From Rhodospirillales bacterium BBD 1991-14 (GTDB taxonomy: Bacteria; Pseudomonadota; Alphaproteobacteria; Kiloniellales; Kiloniellaceae), in contig LYSY01000012.1 in NCBI GenBank assembly GCA_001657395.1, positions 18,909 to 82,908 of the forward strand: DNA of 64,000 nt. Reading direction: 5' to 3'. Below, piece after piece: positions 43,170 through 53,857 of the stretch; position 1 is the stretch's first letter; each line of letters begins with the position of its first letter. The notes beneath the pieces were generated by a model. That model made no database searches. It was not told where the DNA came from and saw only the letters and a list, made by a program, of their open reading frames with translations. Position numbers and translations under genes: made by a program.

Positions 43170-45410
43170 TTACTTCGCGGCCAGCACCTCGTTGGCGGCA
43201 CCGAGGCGCAGGAACAGGGTCTCGCCCGGCGAGTCGTCGACACCGTCGTTGTCGGTGACCGCGTAGAGCTTTCCGTCGGCAGCGAGGGCAAGGCCCTCCA
43301 CCTTGTCCGCCGTCCAGCCGTTGGCCGCCTTCAGCATCGGCAGCAGGTCCATGGCCAGGGTCTTGGTCAGGACCGGCGGGGCCTCGCCCGGGGCTGCCGG
43401 GGTCACAGCCGACAGGTCCACCTGATAGACCCGCTTTATGGCCGCATTATGACCGGCCTGGTTGTCCCGCTCGAGAATGGCGAAACGGCCGTTGCCGAGT
43501 GCGGTGATCTCGCTGAGGCCGACCCAGCCGCCGTTGGCGCTTTCCGGCGCGTCCAGCGGATAGTGCATGACGCCCCAGGAGTTGCTTGCCAGATCCATCG
43601 TCAGGATCTTGGTCATGCCCTTGGGGTCGTCGTTCCATTCGCGCTGAACGGCGACGTAGAGCCTGTTGTCGTCCAGGGCGACGCCTTCCAGCCCGAAGCG
43701 CTTCTTCGCGGACTCCAGGACCTCCGGCAGGGTGATCTCCCGCGCCACTTCACCGCTCGGCAGGACATGGAGGATCAGGCTGCTGCGCTCCTTCTCCGGG
43801 TGGCCTTCGGAAGCGAGGTAGAAGCTGCCGTCCGGGGCCGTGGCGATGCCTTCCAGATCGAGGTTCTCGACCGGCGCGCCGTTTTTCATCACTGTGCGCG
43901 CGGCGACGATGCGGGCCGGCTCTGCGGAAACATCGATGGTGTAGATCTTCGGCACGCTGTAGAAGCTGTCGCTCACCGCGTAGAGGATGGCGGGGTCGCT
44001 CGGGTTGGCCGCGAGGCCGGAGAGCGCGCCCCAGCCGATGGGGGCGCCCTCTGGCCCGTTCACCGAGACGATCTGGGTCAGATCGGGCCCATCGGCGCCC
44101 TGCTGGTAGAGCGTGATGGTCGAGCGGATGTGGTCTTCGGCGGCATCGTCTTCGTTGGAGATCACGATCAGCCCGCGCTCCCCGATGGTGACGATGCCTT
44201 CGGGCGCAACACCGCCGGAGGGCAGGGCCTGGACGAAATCCATGCGTCCGCTGGGGCCTTGCCCCGCCGCACTGTCGCGGTAGAGGCCCACCAGGTTGGC
44301 GCGCTCGAGACCGACCATCACCAGGCGCTCGCCGGCGAAGATGCCGGCGGCCACGCCCTCGGGCTCGCTGCCCTTCTTGCCGGAGCGCTTCTCGGGATAG
44401 TGCCCGACGGAGGCGGCCAGATGCTCGGTTGCGTTGCCCGAGTCGTACAGCAGCGCGCCCTCGGCTGAGAACACGGAGAAGCCGCGCGATCCGCCCTCGT
44501 AGTCGCCTTCGTTGGCGGTGACGAAGCGGGTGTCGTCCAGCCAGGCCACCGCATCCGGTTCGCGCTTGAGGCCCGTCAGCTCGGCGGTCATGGAGATGAT
44601 GCCGTCGCGCTCGCTGTCGATGCCGCTGAGATCGACGCTGCCGGCGGAGAAGTGATTCACCACCGCGTTGGCGGCAAGGTCGACGATGACCAGGTGATTG
44701 TTCTCCTGCAGGGTCACCACCGCGTGGTTCTGCGTGTTGATGGAAACGAACTCCGGTTCCGGATCGTCCGGCGCCACCTCGGCCAGGCCGGTGAGCTCGG
44801 TCACCGTGACGGCATTGCAGTTCGCCAGGCTGCCGTCGCCGCTGACCTGGAAGCTGGCGAGATAGCCGGCCGGAAGCTGCGGGATGACACCGTCGTTCAG
44901 GTCCTCGTCGCGCTCGTTCTCGATCGCCACGGCCAGGAAGGCGCCGTCGGGGCTGATGGCCACGCTGTCCGGCTGGCCCTTCAGGTCGCAGGTCGCCTTG
45001 ATTTCGTTGGTCGTCAGGTCGATGACCGCGACATGACCGCCGGGCTCGACGAAGCTCTCGGAGGTGTTGACGCCCGCATAGGCATGATTGCCCAGCACCG
45101 CCACCGACGTGGGCTCGCCGCCGAGCATGATCACGCCGGCCGGCCTCGGGTCGGCCGGGTCGGCAATGTCGACCTTGCCGATCGCCTCCAGGGCCGAGTC
45201 CGTGTAGACCAGCATGGTCCCGTCCATGGCCGAAGTGACGATCTCGGCCACTGTCTCGGTGGCGGGGTCGGTTCCTTCCGGGAGGTTGAGGAAAACCGGA
45301 AAGGAAGCGACTCGGGCGAAGGGCTCGGTTGCCTGGGCCGGCGCCATGGCGCCCGGAACAAGCCACGCCGCCCCGGCCGTCAGGCCAGCGGCTACGACTG
45401 TGCGGAACAT
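43170..45410 (-). CDS. Secreted alkaline phosphatase-like beta-propeller protein with C-terminal esterase-like phytase domain
   Basis: Signal peptide, GQPDSVA, AIENERDED, DPEPEFV, VTLQENN, TANEGD, DLEGI, GLEGV, GLSEI, KVEGL, TDNDGVDD. Confidence 0.78.
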   Translation of the reverse strand: MFRTVVAAGLTAGAAWLVPGAMAPAQATEPFARVASFPVFLNLPEGTDPATETVAEIVTSAMDGTMLVYTDSALEAIGKVDIADPADPRPAGVIMLGGEPTSVAVLGNHAYAGVNTSESFVEPGGHVAVIDLTTNEIKATCDLKGQPDSVAISPDGAFLAVAIENERDEDLNDGVIPQLPAGYLASFQVSGDGSLANCNAVTVTELTGLAEVAPDDPEPEFVSINTQNHAVVTLQENNHLVIVDLAANAVVNHFSAGSVDLSGIDSERDGIISMTAELTGLKREPDAVAWLDDTRFVTANEGDYEGGSRGFSVFSAEGALLYDSGNATEHLAASVGHYPEKRSGKKGSEPEGVAAGIFAGERLVMVGLERANLVGLYRDSAAGQGPSGRMDFVQALPSGGVAPEGIVTIGERGLIVISNEDDAAEDHIRSTITLYQQGADGPDLTQIVSVNGPEGAPIGWGALSGLAANPSDPAILYAVSDSFYSVPKIYTIDVSAEPARIVAARTVMKNGAPVENLDLEGIATAPDGSFYLASEGHPEKERSSLILHVLPSGEVAREITLPEVLESAKKRFGLEGVALDDNRLYVAVQREWNDDPKGMTKILTMDLASNSWGVMHYPLDAPESANGGWVGLSEITALGNGRFAILERDNQAGHNAAIKRVYQVDLSAVTPAAPGEAPPVLTKTLAMDLLPMLKAANGWTADKVEGLALAADGKLYAVTDNDGVDDSPGETLFLRLGAANEVLAAK

Positions 45411-45499
45411 TGGAGTCTCCCTGTACGTCTGGATCAGCCTGCTGATGAGGCGGCGAATGGATACGCTCGCGCACTCTGGCCTGCCTCTGCGACGCACGG

Positions 45500-45528
45500 A
45501 TGAAGAATTCATGTCAGAATTATTGCAT
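45500..45528 (-). promoter_or_regulatory. Candidate Pho box
   Basis: Minus strand ATGCAAT-aatt-CTGACAT-gaat-TCTTCAT, 11-bp-period repeats resembling CTGTCAT-N4-CTGTCAT, upstream of the phosphatase-like gene. Confidence 0.55.
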
Positions 45529-45591
45529 TGTCCACAGGCGCAGTTCCCTGGCGTCTGCACGCAACAAAGTGCGTGCCCGACTCAACGCTTT

Positions 45592-46284
45592 TCAGCGCTT
45601 CAGGTGCGCGGCCGTCTGATTGAACAGCAGGCTGTTGTTGGAGGCATTCTGCTGTCCGCGGTTCTGCTTGTCCTTGTAAAGCTCGATGGCGCGCTGCACT
45701 GCCGGACGCTGTTTGATCCGGCCCCGCCAGTCGGCAATGCGCGGGAAGTCGTCGAGGGCGGCCCCCAGCGGCTTGGCGATGAAGGCCCAGGGAAACGCCA
45801 TCATGTCGGCAATCGAATAGGCGTCGAGGATGTAGTCCCGGCCTTCGAGCCTGCGCTCCAGGACCGCCAGGTTGCGTTCGTATTCCCCGAGGTAGCGCTT
45901 GAAGCCGTAGTCCTCGCCATCGGGCGCGTAGTTCTTGAAGTGGCTCAGCTGCCCGGCCATGGGCCCCTGGTTGGCGCTCTGCCAGAACAGCCATTCCAGG
46001 GTTTCCTTGCGCCCCAGGGCGTCCCTGGGCATGAAGCGGCCGGTCTTTTCGGCCAGATAGAACAGGATCGCACCGCTTTCGAAGACCGGGACCGGATCGC
46101 CGACAACGCCGTGGTCGACGATGGCAGGCATCTTGGCATTGGGGCTGATGGCCAGGTAGTCGGGCTTGAACTGATCGCCCTTGGCCAGCTTCAGCAGATG
46201 TGTGCGGTACTCCAGGCTGCACTCCTCCAACATGATGGCGATCTTCCATCCGTTGGGGGTGGGGGCGTAGTAGAGCTCGATCAT
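45592..46284 (-). CDS. Glutathione S-transferase, YfcG/YghU (Nu) class
   Basis: PTPNGWK, ISPNAKMPAI, FESGAIL.YLAEK, YSIADM. Confidence 0.9.
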   Translation of the reverse strand: MIELYYAPTPNGWKIAIMLEECSLEYRTHLLKLAKGDQFKPDYLAISPNAKMPAIVDHGVVGDPVPVFESGAILFYLAEKTGRFMPRDALGRKETLEWLFWQSANQGPMAGQLSHFKNYAPDGEDYGFKRYLGEYERNLAVLERRLEGRDYILDAYSIADMMAFPWAFIAKPLGAALDDFPRIADWRGRIKQRPAVQRAIELYKDKQNRGQQNASNNSLLFNQTAAHLKR

Positions 46285-47495
46285 GCCGCGTCCTCATCCG
46301 CCGGGGCGCCTTCAAAGGCGGCACCGCCGGTGAGCATGGCTTCGATTTCGCCGGCGGCGAAGCCGGCCTCGGCCAGGACTGCCCGGGTATGGGCGCCCAG
46401 GGCCGGGGCGCCGCTGCGCCGGTCGGCCGGGGTGGCCGAGAAGACCGCGGGGTTACGCGCCTGGCGCAGGCGCCCGGCCTGGGGATGGTCGTGTTCCACG
46501 ACAATTCCGTTGGCCTCGACCTGCGGATGGCGGATCGCCTCGCGCCGGGTCAGTACCGGCGCGCAGGGCACGCCCGCCGCCTCCAGACGTTCGATCCACT
46601 CCGCCGTCGTGCGTTCGCGCAGCACCGATTGCGTCAGCTCCAGGCGCGCGTTCTTGTGGGCATCGAGCCCTTCGGAGTTCTGGAAGCGCGGGTCCTCGAT
46701 CCATTCCGGCCGCTCCGCCGCCCGGGCCAGGGCCAGCCACTCCTTGTGGCGCATCACCGCGACGCTGATGAAGCCGTCCCGGGTTTCGTAGATCAGGTCG
46801 ATCCAGCTCTGCGCCACCTCCTTTTCCATCTCGTCGCCGACAAAGGTGTGGCCGCCCATGTCGGAGCCCCAGAGGAAGGCCAGCACGGTGTCCAGCATGG
46901 AAAGCTGGATGTGCTGTCCTTCGCCCGTGCGGCTGCGGGCCAGCAGGGCGGCACAGACCGCCTGGGCCAGGGTGAAGCCGGTCAGCTTGTCGGGCAGGAT
47001 CGTGCGGACAAGCTTCGGGCGCTCCTCGTCGGAGCCGGCCTGCACGGTGGTGAGGCCGGAGAGCGACTGGATCAGCGGGTCGAAGACAGGCTTCTGGGCG
47101 AAGGGCCCCTCGAAGCCGAAGCCGCTGATGGAGGCATAGACCAGGCGGGGGTTGATCTCCCGCAGGGTTTGGTAGCCGAGGCCCAGCCGCTCGATCACCC
47201 CCGGGCGGAAGTTCTGCGCGAAGACGTCGGCCTCGCGCACCAGCCGTTTCACGGCCTCCAGGCCCTCGGGCGTCTTCAGGTCGAGCGCGATTGAGCGCTT
47301 GTTGCGGTTGTTGTTGAGGAAGGAGGCTGAAAAGCCGTTGCGGCGGGTGGCGACCTGGCGCGTGTGGTCGCCGCCGCTGGGCGTCTCCACCTTGATCACG
47401 TCGGCGCCCTGGTCTGCCAGGATCATGGTGCCAAGCGGCCCGGAAACCATGTTCGTCAGGTCGATCACCCTGAAACCCTCGAGCGGTCCCGCCAT
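46281..47495 (-). CDS. Family III CoA-transferase (CaiB/BaiF)
   Basis: GPLEGFRVIDL, GADVIKVE, NRNKRSI.LDLK, NFRPG, SISGFG, PD (active-site Asp), APALGAHT. Confidence 0.92.
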   Translation of the reverse strand: MAGPLEGFRVIDLTNMVSGPLGTMILADQGADVIKVETPSGGDHTRQVATRRNGFSASFLNNNRNKRSIALDLKTPEGLEAVKRLVREADVFAQNFRPGVIERLGLGYQTLREINPRLVYASISGFGFEGPFAQKPVFDPLIQSLSGLTTVQAGSDEERPKLVRTILPDKLTGFTLAQAVCAALLARSRTGEGQHIQLSMLDTVLAFLWGSDMGGHTFVGDEMEKEVAQSWIDLIYETRDGFISVAVMRHKEWLALARAAERPEWIEDPRFQNSEGLDAHKNARLELTQSVLRERTTAEWIERLEAAGVPCAPVLTRREAIRHPQVEANGIVVEHDHPQAGRLRQARNPAVFSATPADRRSGAPALGAHTRAVLAEAGFAAGEIEAMLTGGAAFEGAPADEDAA

Positions 47496-47689
47496 ATGCT
47501 CATCCTCCGCAGCACTGTCCTGCGGCCCATTCTGGCAGCTAATCGCGCCTTTGTGCAGCATGCCGTTCGGCCGGCTCTTCCGGGGCCTGTCTTGATGCGC
47601 CTTGATGTCGGCGCCCGGGCTGGGGCACCTTGCAGGCCGCGGCTGTGATTCGACAGCGATCCGATCCCGACGCGCGAGGTGACGGCACC

Positions 47690-48334
47690 GTGGATCCTTT
47701 GACCTGGCATGCTGTCCTGATGCTGGCGGCCTGGTTGGTCCTGGCACCCCTGGGCGTCCTGCTGGCGCGCTTCTTCAAGATCACGCCGCGGCAGGACTGG
47801 CCGCGTCAGTTGGACAACCGCTTGTGGTGGCACGGCCATCTGGCCTGCGGCTACCTGTCGGTGGCCGTGATCGTTCTCGCCGTTGTGCTGGCGGTCTGGG
47901 CGAGCGGCGGGTTTGAGTTCTCGACCCACGGGGTTGCCGGATCGCTGGCATCGGCACTGGCCGTCCTGCAGGTGCTCAGCGGCTGGTTGCGGGGCAGCAA
48001 GGGCGGCCCGACCGACAACGGGGCGGTACCAGACGATCCCTCCACGTGGCGCGGCGATCACTATGACATGACCCCGCGCCGGCTTGCCTTTGAAGCCTGG
48101 CACAAGACTGCCGGCTACGCGGCGCTGGTGCTGGCCGTTGCGGCGACGGTCACCGGGCTCGATCTGCTGGGCTGGCGCGACGCCCTGCTGTCCTGGCTGC
48201 TCGCGCTGCTGCTGGTCTACCTTGCAGTCTTTGTTCTGCTGCAGCGTGCCGGCCTGAAAAGCGACACCTACCGGGCCATCTGGGGACCGGACGAGCGGCA
48301 TCCGGGCAACCGTCGGGACCCGCGCCAGCGGTAG
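47690..48334 (+). CDS. Cytochrome b561 domain-containing membrane protein
   Basis: Four heme-ligand His in TM helices: WHAVLM, WHGH, THG and AWHK. Confidence 0.78.
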   Translation: MDPLTWHAVLMLAAWLVLAPLGVLLARFFKITPRQDWPRQLDNRLWWHGHLACGYLSVAVIVLAVVLAVWASGGFEFSTHGVAGSLASALAVLQVLSGWLRGSKGGPTDNGAVPDDPSTWRGDHYDMTPRRLAFEAWHKTAGYAALVLAVAATVTGLDLLGWRDALLSWLLALLLVYLAVFVLLQRAGLKSDTYRAIWGPDERHPGNRRDPRQR

Positions 48335-48366
48335 CGGGATTGGGGACGGTTAGCGGTCCTTGGCCT

Positions 48367-49407
48367 TCACGTCGTCGCCCCCTCGATGAGTTCGAACCCT
48401 GCGTCTGTGACGCGCGGCGGCTTCTTGCCGTTGAGCCTGTCGAGAACGCGCTGGGCACTCAGGCATCCCATCTTGTAGCGCGGGGAGCGCACCGTGGTAA
48501 GGGGCAGGGGCATGGCCTGGCCGATCTCCAGGCCGCTGAAACTCGCGATGGCGATCTTCTCAGGAACTGGGATTCCCTCCGCCAGGCAGTACATCAATGC
48601 GCCACTCGCCACGGCGTCGTTGGAGAGGTAAACGGCCTCGATCCGCGGCGACTGGGCCAGCAGATCCGCGAAATGCCGCCGACCAAGCGCCACGCTCGAC
48701 GGTTCGTCGACCGTCGATTTGGCGACCAGTTCTCCGCCGCCTTGCGTGATGGTCTCGAGAAAGCCCTTGAAACGCTTGCCGGCCGCTTTGTCGGCCTCCA
48801 GGTCGCAGCCCAGATAGGCAAAGCGCCGATAGCCTTTCTTCAAAAGCCTGGTGGCGGTGGCGGCGCCGGCCTTGCGGTGGTTCAGCCCGACACACATGTC
48901 GATGGGGTTCCGGGTCAGCTCCATGACCTCGACGATCGGTGCCGGAGAAGCAGTCAACAGGTTCACGACATCAGGGTGATGATAGGCGTTGGTGATGATG
49001 ATGCCGGCCGGCCGCCAGGAAATCATCGCAGCAACCAGCTTGGCCTCGCGCTTCAGGCTGTACTCGGAAACGCCGATGACCGCCTGATAGCCGGCGCCTT
49101 CCAGCGTGTCGGTGATGCCGGCCAGCAGCTCCGGGAACACGATGTTGCGCAGCGAGGGAATGATCACGGCCAGCTGCATCGACTTCGCCGAGGCCAGGGC
49201 GGCGGCCATCCGGTTGGGGACGTAGCCGAGGGACTGCACTGCCTCCAGCACCCTGGCCCGGGTCTTTTGCGAGACGTTGGTCTTGCCGCGCAGCACGCGG
49301 GACACGGTCATCTCGCTGACCCGGGCGGTCGCGGCCACCTCGCTCAGGGTCCCGGAGCCAGTGGACATCCGTTTTGCCGACCTGTCGCGTGCCTGTCTTT
49401 TCGCCAT
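48367..49407 (-). CDS. LacI-family regulator (GntR/IdnR gluconate-repressor-like)
   Basis: TLSEVAATARVSEMTVSRVL, LGYVPN, SNDAVASG, LTTV. Confidence 0.92.
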   Translation of the reverse strand: MAKRQARDRSAKRMSTGSGTLSEVAATARVSEMTVSRVLRGKTNVSQKTRARVLEAVQSLGYVPNRMAAALASAKSMQLAVIIPSLRNIVFPELLAGITDTLEGAGYQAVIGVSEYSLKREAKLVAAMISWRPAGIIITNAYHHPDVVNLLTASPAPIVEVMELTRNPIDMCVGLNHRKAGAATATRLLKKGYRRFAYLGCDLEADKAAGKRFKGFLETITQGGGELVAKSTVDEPSSVALGRRHFADLLAQSPRIEAVYLSNDAVASGALMYCLAEGIPVPEKIAIASFSGLEIGQAMPLPLTTVRSPRYKMGCLSAQRVLDRLNGKKPPRVTDAGFELIEGATT

Positions 49408-49427
49408 CCTGCCCCATCCCGGGCGGT

Positions 49428-49450
49428 AAAATGTTAGCGTATGACATTTT
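49428..49450. promoter_or_regulatory. Candidate LacI/GntR-type operator
   Basis: AAAATGTTA-GCGTA-TGACATTTT inverted repeat resembling ATGTTA-N4-TAACAT sites, located between the divergent genes. Confidence 0.6.
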
Positions 49451-49534
49451 TGCGTTGCTGCGCCAGCGGAAAGCTTGCTAGCCTAGCTGAAACGGTCGCG
49501 AAAAGTGGGCCGGAGAACTGGGAGGACGCGGCTC

Positions 49535-50626
<1,092 letters not shown>

Positions 50627-50675
50627 CGCGGTCGGGCGAAGACTCAACAACCAGAACCCTGGATGGGAGGACGAG

Positions 50676-52025
50676 ATGCAGAGAGTGTTCATTATGGCCG
50701 CCGGCCCGATCGCCGCGCTCGCCTTGGGGGCCGCCGTTGCCAGCAGCCCTGCAGCCGCCAATCCCTACGAGAAGTACGAAGGGACCACCATCGTGGTCAG
50801 CTGGCCGGCGCTCAGTCATTTCCAGAAGGCCGAGACCCTGGTGGAGGAGTTCACCGAGGAGACCGGGATCGAGGTCGAGATCGATGCGCTGCAGTACCTG
50901 AAGCTGCGCGACCGGCAGATCCTGGAGATGTCCAAGAGGGAGGGCGAGTACGACGTCGTCTCCTGGGTCGTGATGTGGAAGGGCGAGTATGTCTCCAAGG
51001 GGCTGCTGACGCCGCTGAGCCAGATGTTCACCAACGGCGCCCTGGTCGACCCTGCCTACGACATCGACGACATTGCCGATGCCTACTTGCAGAACGGCGG
51101 CATCGTCGGCGGCAAGAAGGGCTATATGCCCGGCAAGTCCGGCGGGCTCTACGGCATCCCCTTCGGAGCCGAGACCTCCATCATGGCCTACCGCAAGGAT
51201 CTGCTTGAGCAGGCCGGCATCGAGCCGCCGAAGACCTATGACGAGTTGCGCGCAGCGCTGCCGGTGATCAAGGAGAAGACCGGCGTCGGCGCCCTGACCT
51301 CGCGTGGCAAGACCGGCCACCAGGTGACGGCCGGTTGGCTGCTGCACTTGGCACCGCTGGGCGGCAAGATCTTCGATGACAACTGGAACCCGGTGTTCAA
51401 CAACGCCGCCGGCGTGGAGGCGGCGCAGATCATGCGGGAGATCACCCAGACCGGCCCCACCGGCATTCCCTCCTATGGTTTCTCGGAGGCCTCGGCTGCC
51501 TTTTTGCAGGGCGATGCCGCCATGTACATCGATACGCTGAAGATCGCCGCCATGTCGCGCGACCCCAAGCTCTCCAAGGTCGACGGCAAGGTCGGTTTCG
51601 CGCTGCATCCGGTCGGGTCGCGCTGCGGGTCGGAGACGGGCGGCTTTGCAGTCGGCATTCCGGCCAACAGCCAGAACAAGGAGGCAGCCTTCCTCTTCAT
51701 CCAGTACATCACCTCCAAGGCCGGCGACAAGCGCATGGTGGAGCTTGGCGGCGACCCGATCCGCATCTCGACGATCGAGCACTTCGCCGGCCAGTTCCCG
51801 GAGTACCCGGTGGTGGCCGAGCAGCTTCCCTGCGCCGACCCGGACTGGCGTCCGCTGATCCCGGAGTGGAACGAGCTGAACATCGACGTCCTGGGCCAGG
51901 CACTGACCGAGGTGATCACCACCGACAAGCCGATCCAGCCGATCATGGACGCGGCGGCGGAAAAGGCGCGCGCCATCATGGAGCGTGAAGGCTACTACGC
52001 CTGGTCGGATTATCGGCGGCAGTAG
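50676..52025 (+). CDS. Carbohydrate ABC substrate-binding protein (CUT1)
   Basis: Signal peptide, FTEETGIEV, LYGIPF, YRKDL, FLQGDAAM. Confidence 0.88.
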   Translation: MQRVFIMAAGPIAALALGAAVASSPAAANPYEKYEGTTIVVSWPALSHFQKAETLVEEFTEETGIEVEIDALQYLKLRDRQILEMSKREGEYDVVSWVVMWKGEYVSKGLLTPLSQMFTNGALVDPAYDIDDIADAYLQNGGIVGGKKGYMPGKSGGLYGIPFGAETSIMAYRKDLLEQAGIEPPKTYDELRAALPVIKEKTGVGALTSRGKTGHQVTAGWLLHLAPLGGKIFDDNWNPVFNNAAGVEAAQIMREITQTGPTGIPSYGFSEASAAFLQGDAAMYIDTLKIAAMSRDPKLSKVDGKVGFALHPVGSRCGSETGGFAVGIPANSQNKEAAFLFIQYITSKAGDKRMVELGGDPIRISTIEHFAGQFPEYPVVAEQLPCADPDWRPLIPEWNELNIDVLGQALTEVITTDKPIQPIMDAAAEKARAIMEREGYYAWSDYRRQ

Positions 52026-52088
52026 GGACCGGAGAGGAGGGGCGGCCGAAGCCGCTCCTCTTCCGGGGCACCTGCCGGGAAAGGCGTC

Positions 52089-53021
52089 ATGGCTGAGAGC
52101 AGCGCAAGCCGTGTGAACGTCATTGAGCAGCCCCGCTTCGACACGCGGGTGCTGACGCCCTACTTCTTTATCCTGCCGGCGGTCCTGGTGATGATGGCCG
52201 GCCTGCTCTACCCGGTCATCGACGCCTTCTACCTCTCGTTCTTCGACTGGAAGATCGGCACGCCTTTCTCCAAGGCGGAGCACGTCGGGCTGGACAACTA
52301 TGCGCGCATGCTGGGCGACCCGGATGTCTGGGAATCGCTTTGGGTGACCTTCCGCTTCGGCTTCTGGACCATTTCCATCGAGATGATCCTCGGCGTGGCG
52401 CTGGCGCTGATGCTGGAAAAGCCGATCCGCGGGGCCAGCGTCTTCCGCACCATCTTCATCCTGCCGCTCATGGTCTCGCCGGTCGTGGTCGGCCTGATCT
52501 GGCGCTATCTCTTCGACGCCCGGGTCGGCTGGGTCAATTACTACCTCGGCCAATGGTTCGGGATCGAGCCCCAGGTCTGGCTGGGGGACGCGGATCTGGC
52601 TTTTTTCGCCATCGTCTTCACCGACATCTGGCAGTGGACGCCCTTCATCTTCATCATTGTCATCGCCGGCCTCCAGGCCCTGCCCTCGGAAGTGCTGGAG
52701 GCCTCGCGCATCGACGGTGCCAACTGGTGGCAGCAGATCTTCCTGGTGAAGCTGCCGATGATCCGCTCGATCCTGGTGATCGCCCTGCTGATGCGCCTGA
52801 TCGATGTCTTCCGGGCATTGGAGGTCATGTACATCATGACCGGCGGCGGCCCGGGGCGGGCGACAGAGCTGTTGTCCCTCCACATCTACAACCGCGCGTT
52901 CGACGCGCAACTGCTGGGCTATGCCTCGGCGATCTCGGTTCTGCTGATCGTGATCGTCTTCCTGCTGAGCCTCGGCATCCTGCTCCTGTCCAATCCGATG
53001 AAGGACAAGTCCGATGTTTAG
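52089..53021 (+). CDS. Carbohydrate ABC permease
   Basis: DIWQWTPF and EASRIDGA EAA motif. Confidence 0.92.
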   Translation: MAESSASRVNVIEQPRFDTRVLTPYFFILPAVLVMMAGLLYPVIDAFYLSFFDWKIGTPFSKAEHVGLDNYARMLGDPDVWESLWVTFRFGFWTISIEMILGVALALMLEKPIRGASVFRTIFILPLMVSPVVVGLIWRYLFDARVGWVNYYLGQWFGIEPQVWLGDADLAFFAIVFTDIWQWTPFIFIIVIAGLQALPSEVLEASRIDGANWWQQIFLVKLPMIRSILVIALLMRLIDVFRALEVMYIMTGGGPGRATELLSLHIYNRAFDAQLLGYASAISVLLIVIVFLLSLGILLLSNPMKDKSDV

Positions 53022-53853
53022 CGATCGTCTCGACAACCCGGCGAAGACTTGGATGCATTACGGCGGCCTTATCCTTCTGGCCGCGATCTGTCTGATGCCG
53101 ATCTGGGTGATGATCTCCACCTCGCTGAAGAACGAGGTGCTGATCTTCGACGGCAGGCCGGTCTGGTTCTTCTTCTTTCCCACCATGGAGAACTACGAGT
53201 ACATCCTGACCCGCGGCAGGTTCGACCGCTATCTCATCAATTCCGTCATCGTCGCCACCATCTCCACCTTCCTCACGCTCTTCCTGGGCGGGCTCTGCGC
53301 CTATGCTCTTGCGCGCACCGAATTCCGCGGGCGGCGCCTGGTTGCCAATGCCACCTTGCTGGTGCGCATGGTGCCGCCGGCGGTCCTCGCTGTGCCGGCC
53401 TTTGCCATGGTGGCGACCTTCAGCCTCGACAACGATCTGGCTGTCCTGATCTTCTTCTATACCGCCCTCAATCTGCCCTTCGCCATCTGGCTGCTGTTCG
53501 GCTTTTACAAGCAGATTCCTGTAGAACTGGAGGAAGCCGCGATCGTCGACGGCGCATCGCCGCTGCAGGTCTTCTTCCGGGTCCTGCTGCCGCTGATGAA
53601 GTCCGGCTATGCGGTGGCCGGCATCTTCGCCTTCCGCATCGCCTGGAACGAATTCATCCTCGCGTTGCTGCTGACCGGGCGCAAGACCCGGACCTTGCCG
53701 GTGGGCGCCGCCGGCTTCATCACCGATACCGGGGTCGAATGGGGCCGTATCATGGCCATGGGCACGCTGATCGTCATTCCGCCGCTGCTCTTCACCTTCT
53801 TCGCGGCGCGACAGATCATCGCCGGCATGACCGCCGGCGCCGTGAAAGGCTAG
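53014..53853 (+). CDS. Carbohydrate ABC permease
   Basis: ELEEAAIVDGA, AWNEF, GMTAGAVKG. Confidence 0.92.
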   Translation: MFSDRLDNPAKTWMHYGGLILLAAICLMPIWVMISTSLKNEVLIFDGRPVWFFFFPTMENYEYILTRGRFDRYLINSVIVATISTFLTLFLGGLCAYALARTEFRGRRLVANATLLVRMVPPAVLAVPAFAMVATFSLDNDLAVLIFFYTALNLPFAIWLLFGFYKQIPVELEEAAIVDGASPLQVFFRVLLPLMKSGYAVAGIFAFRIAWNEFILALLLTGRKTRTLPVGAAGFITDTGVEWGRIMAMGTLIVIPPLLFTFFAARQIIAGMTAGAVKG

Positions 53854-53857
53854 GACC

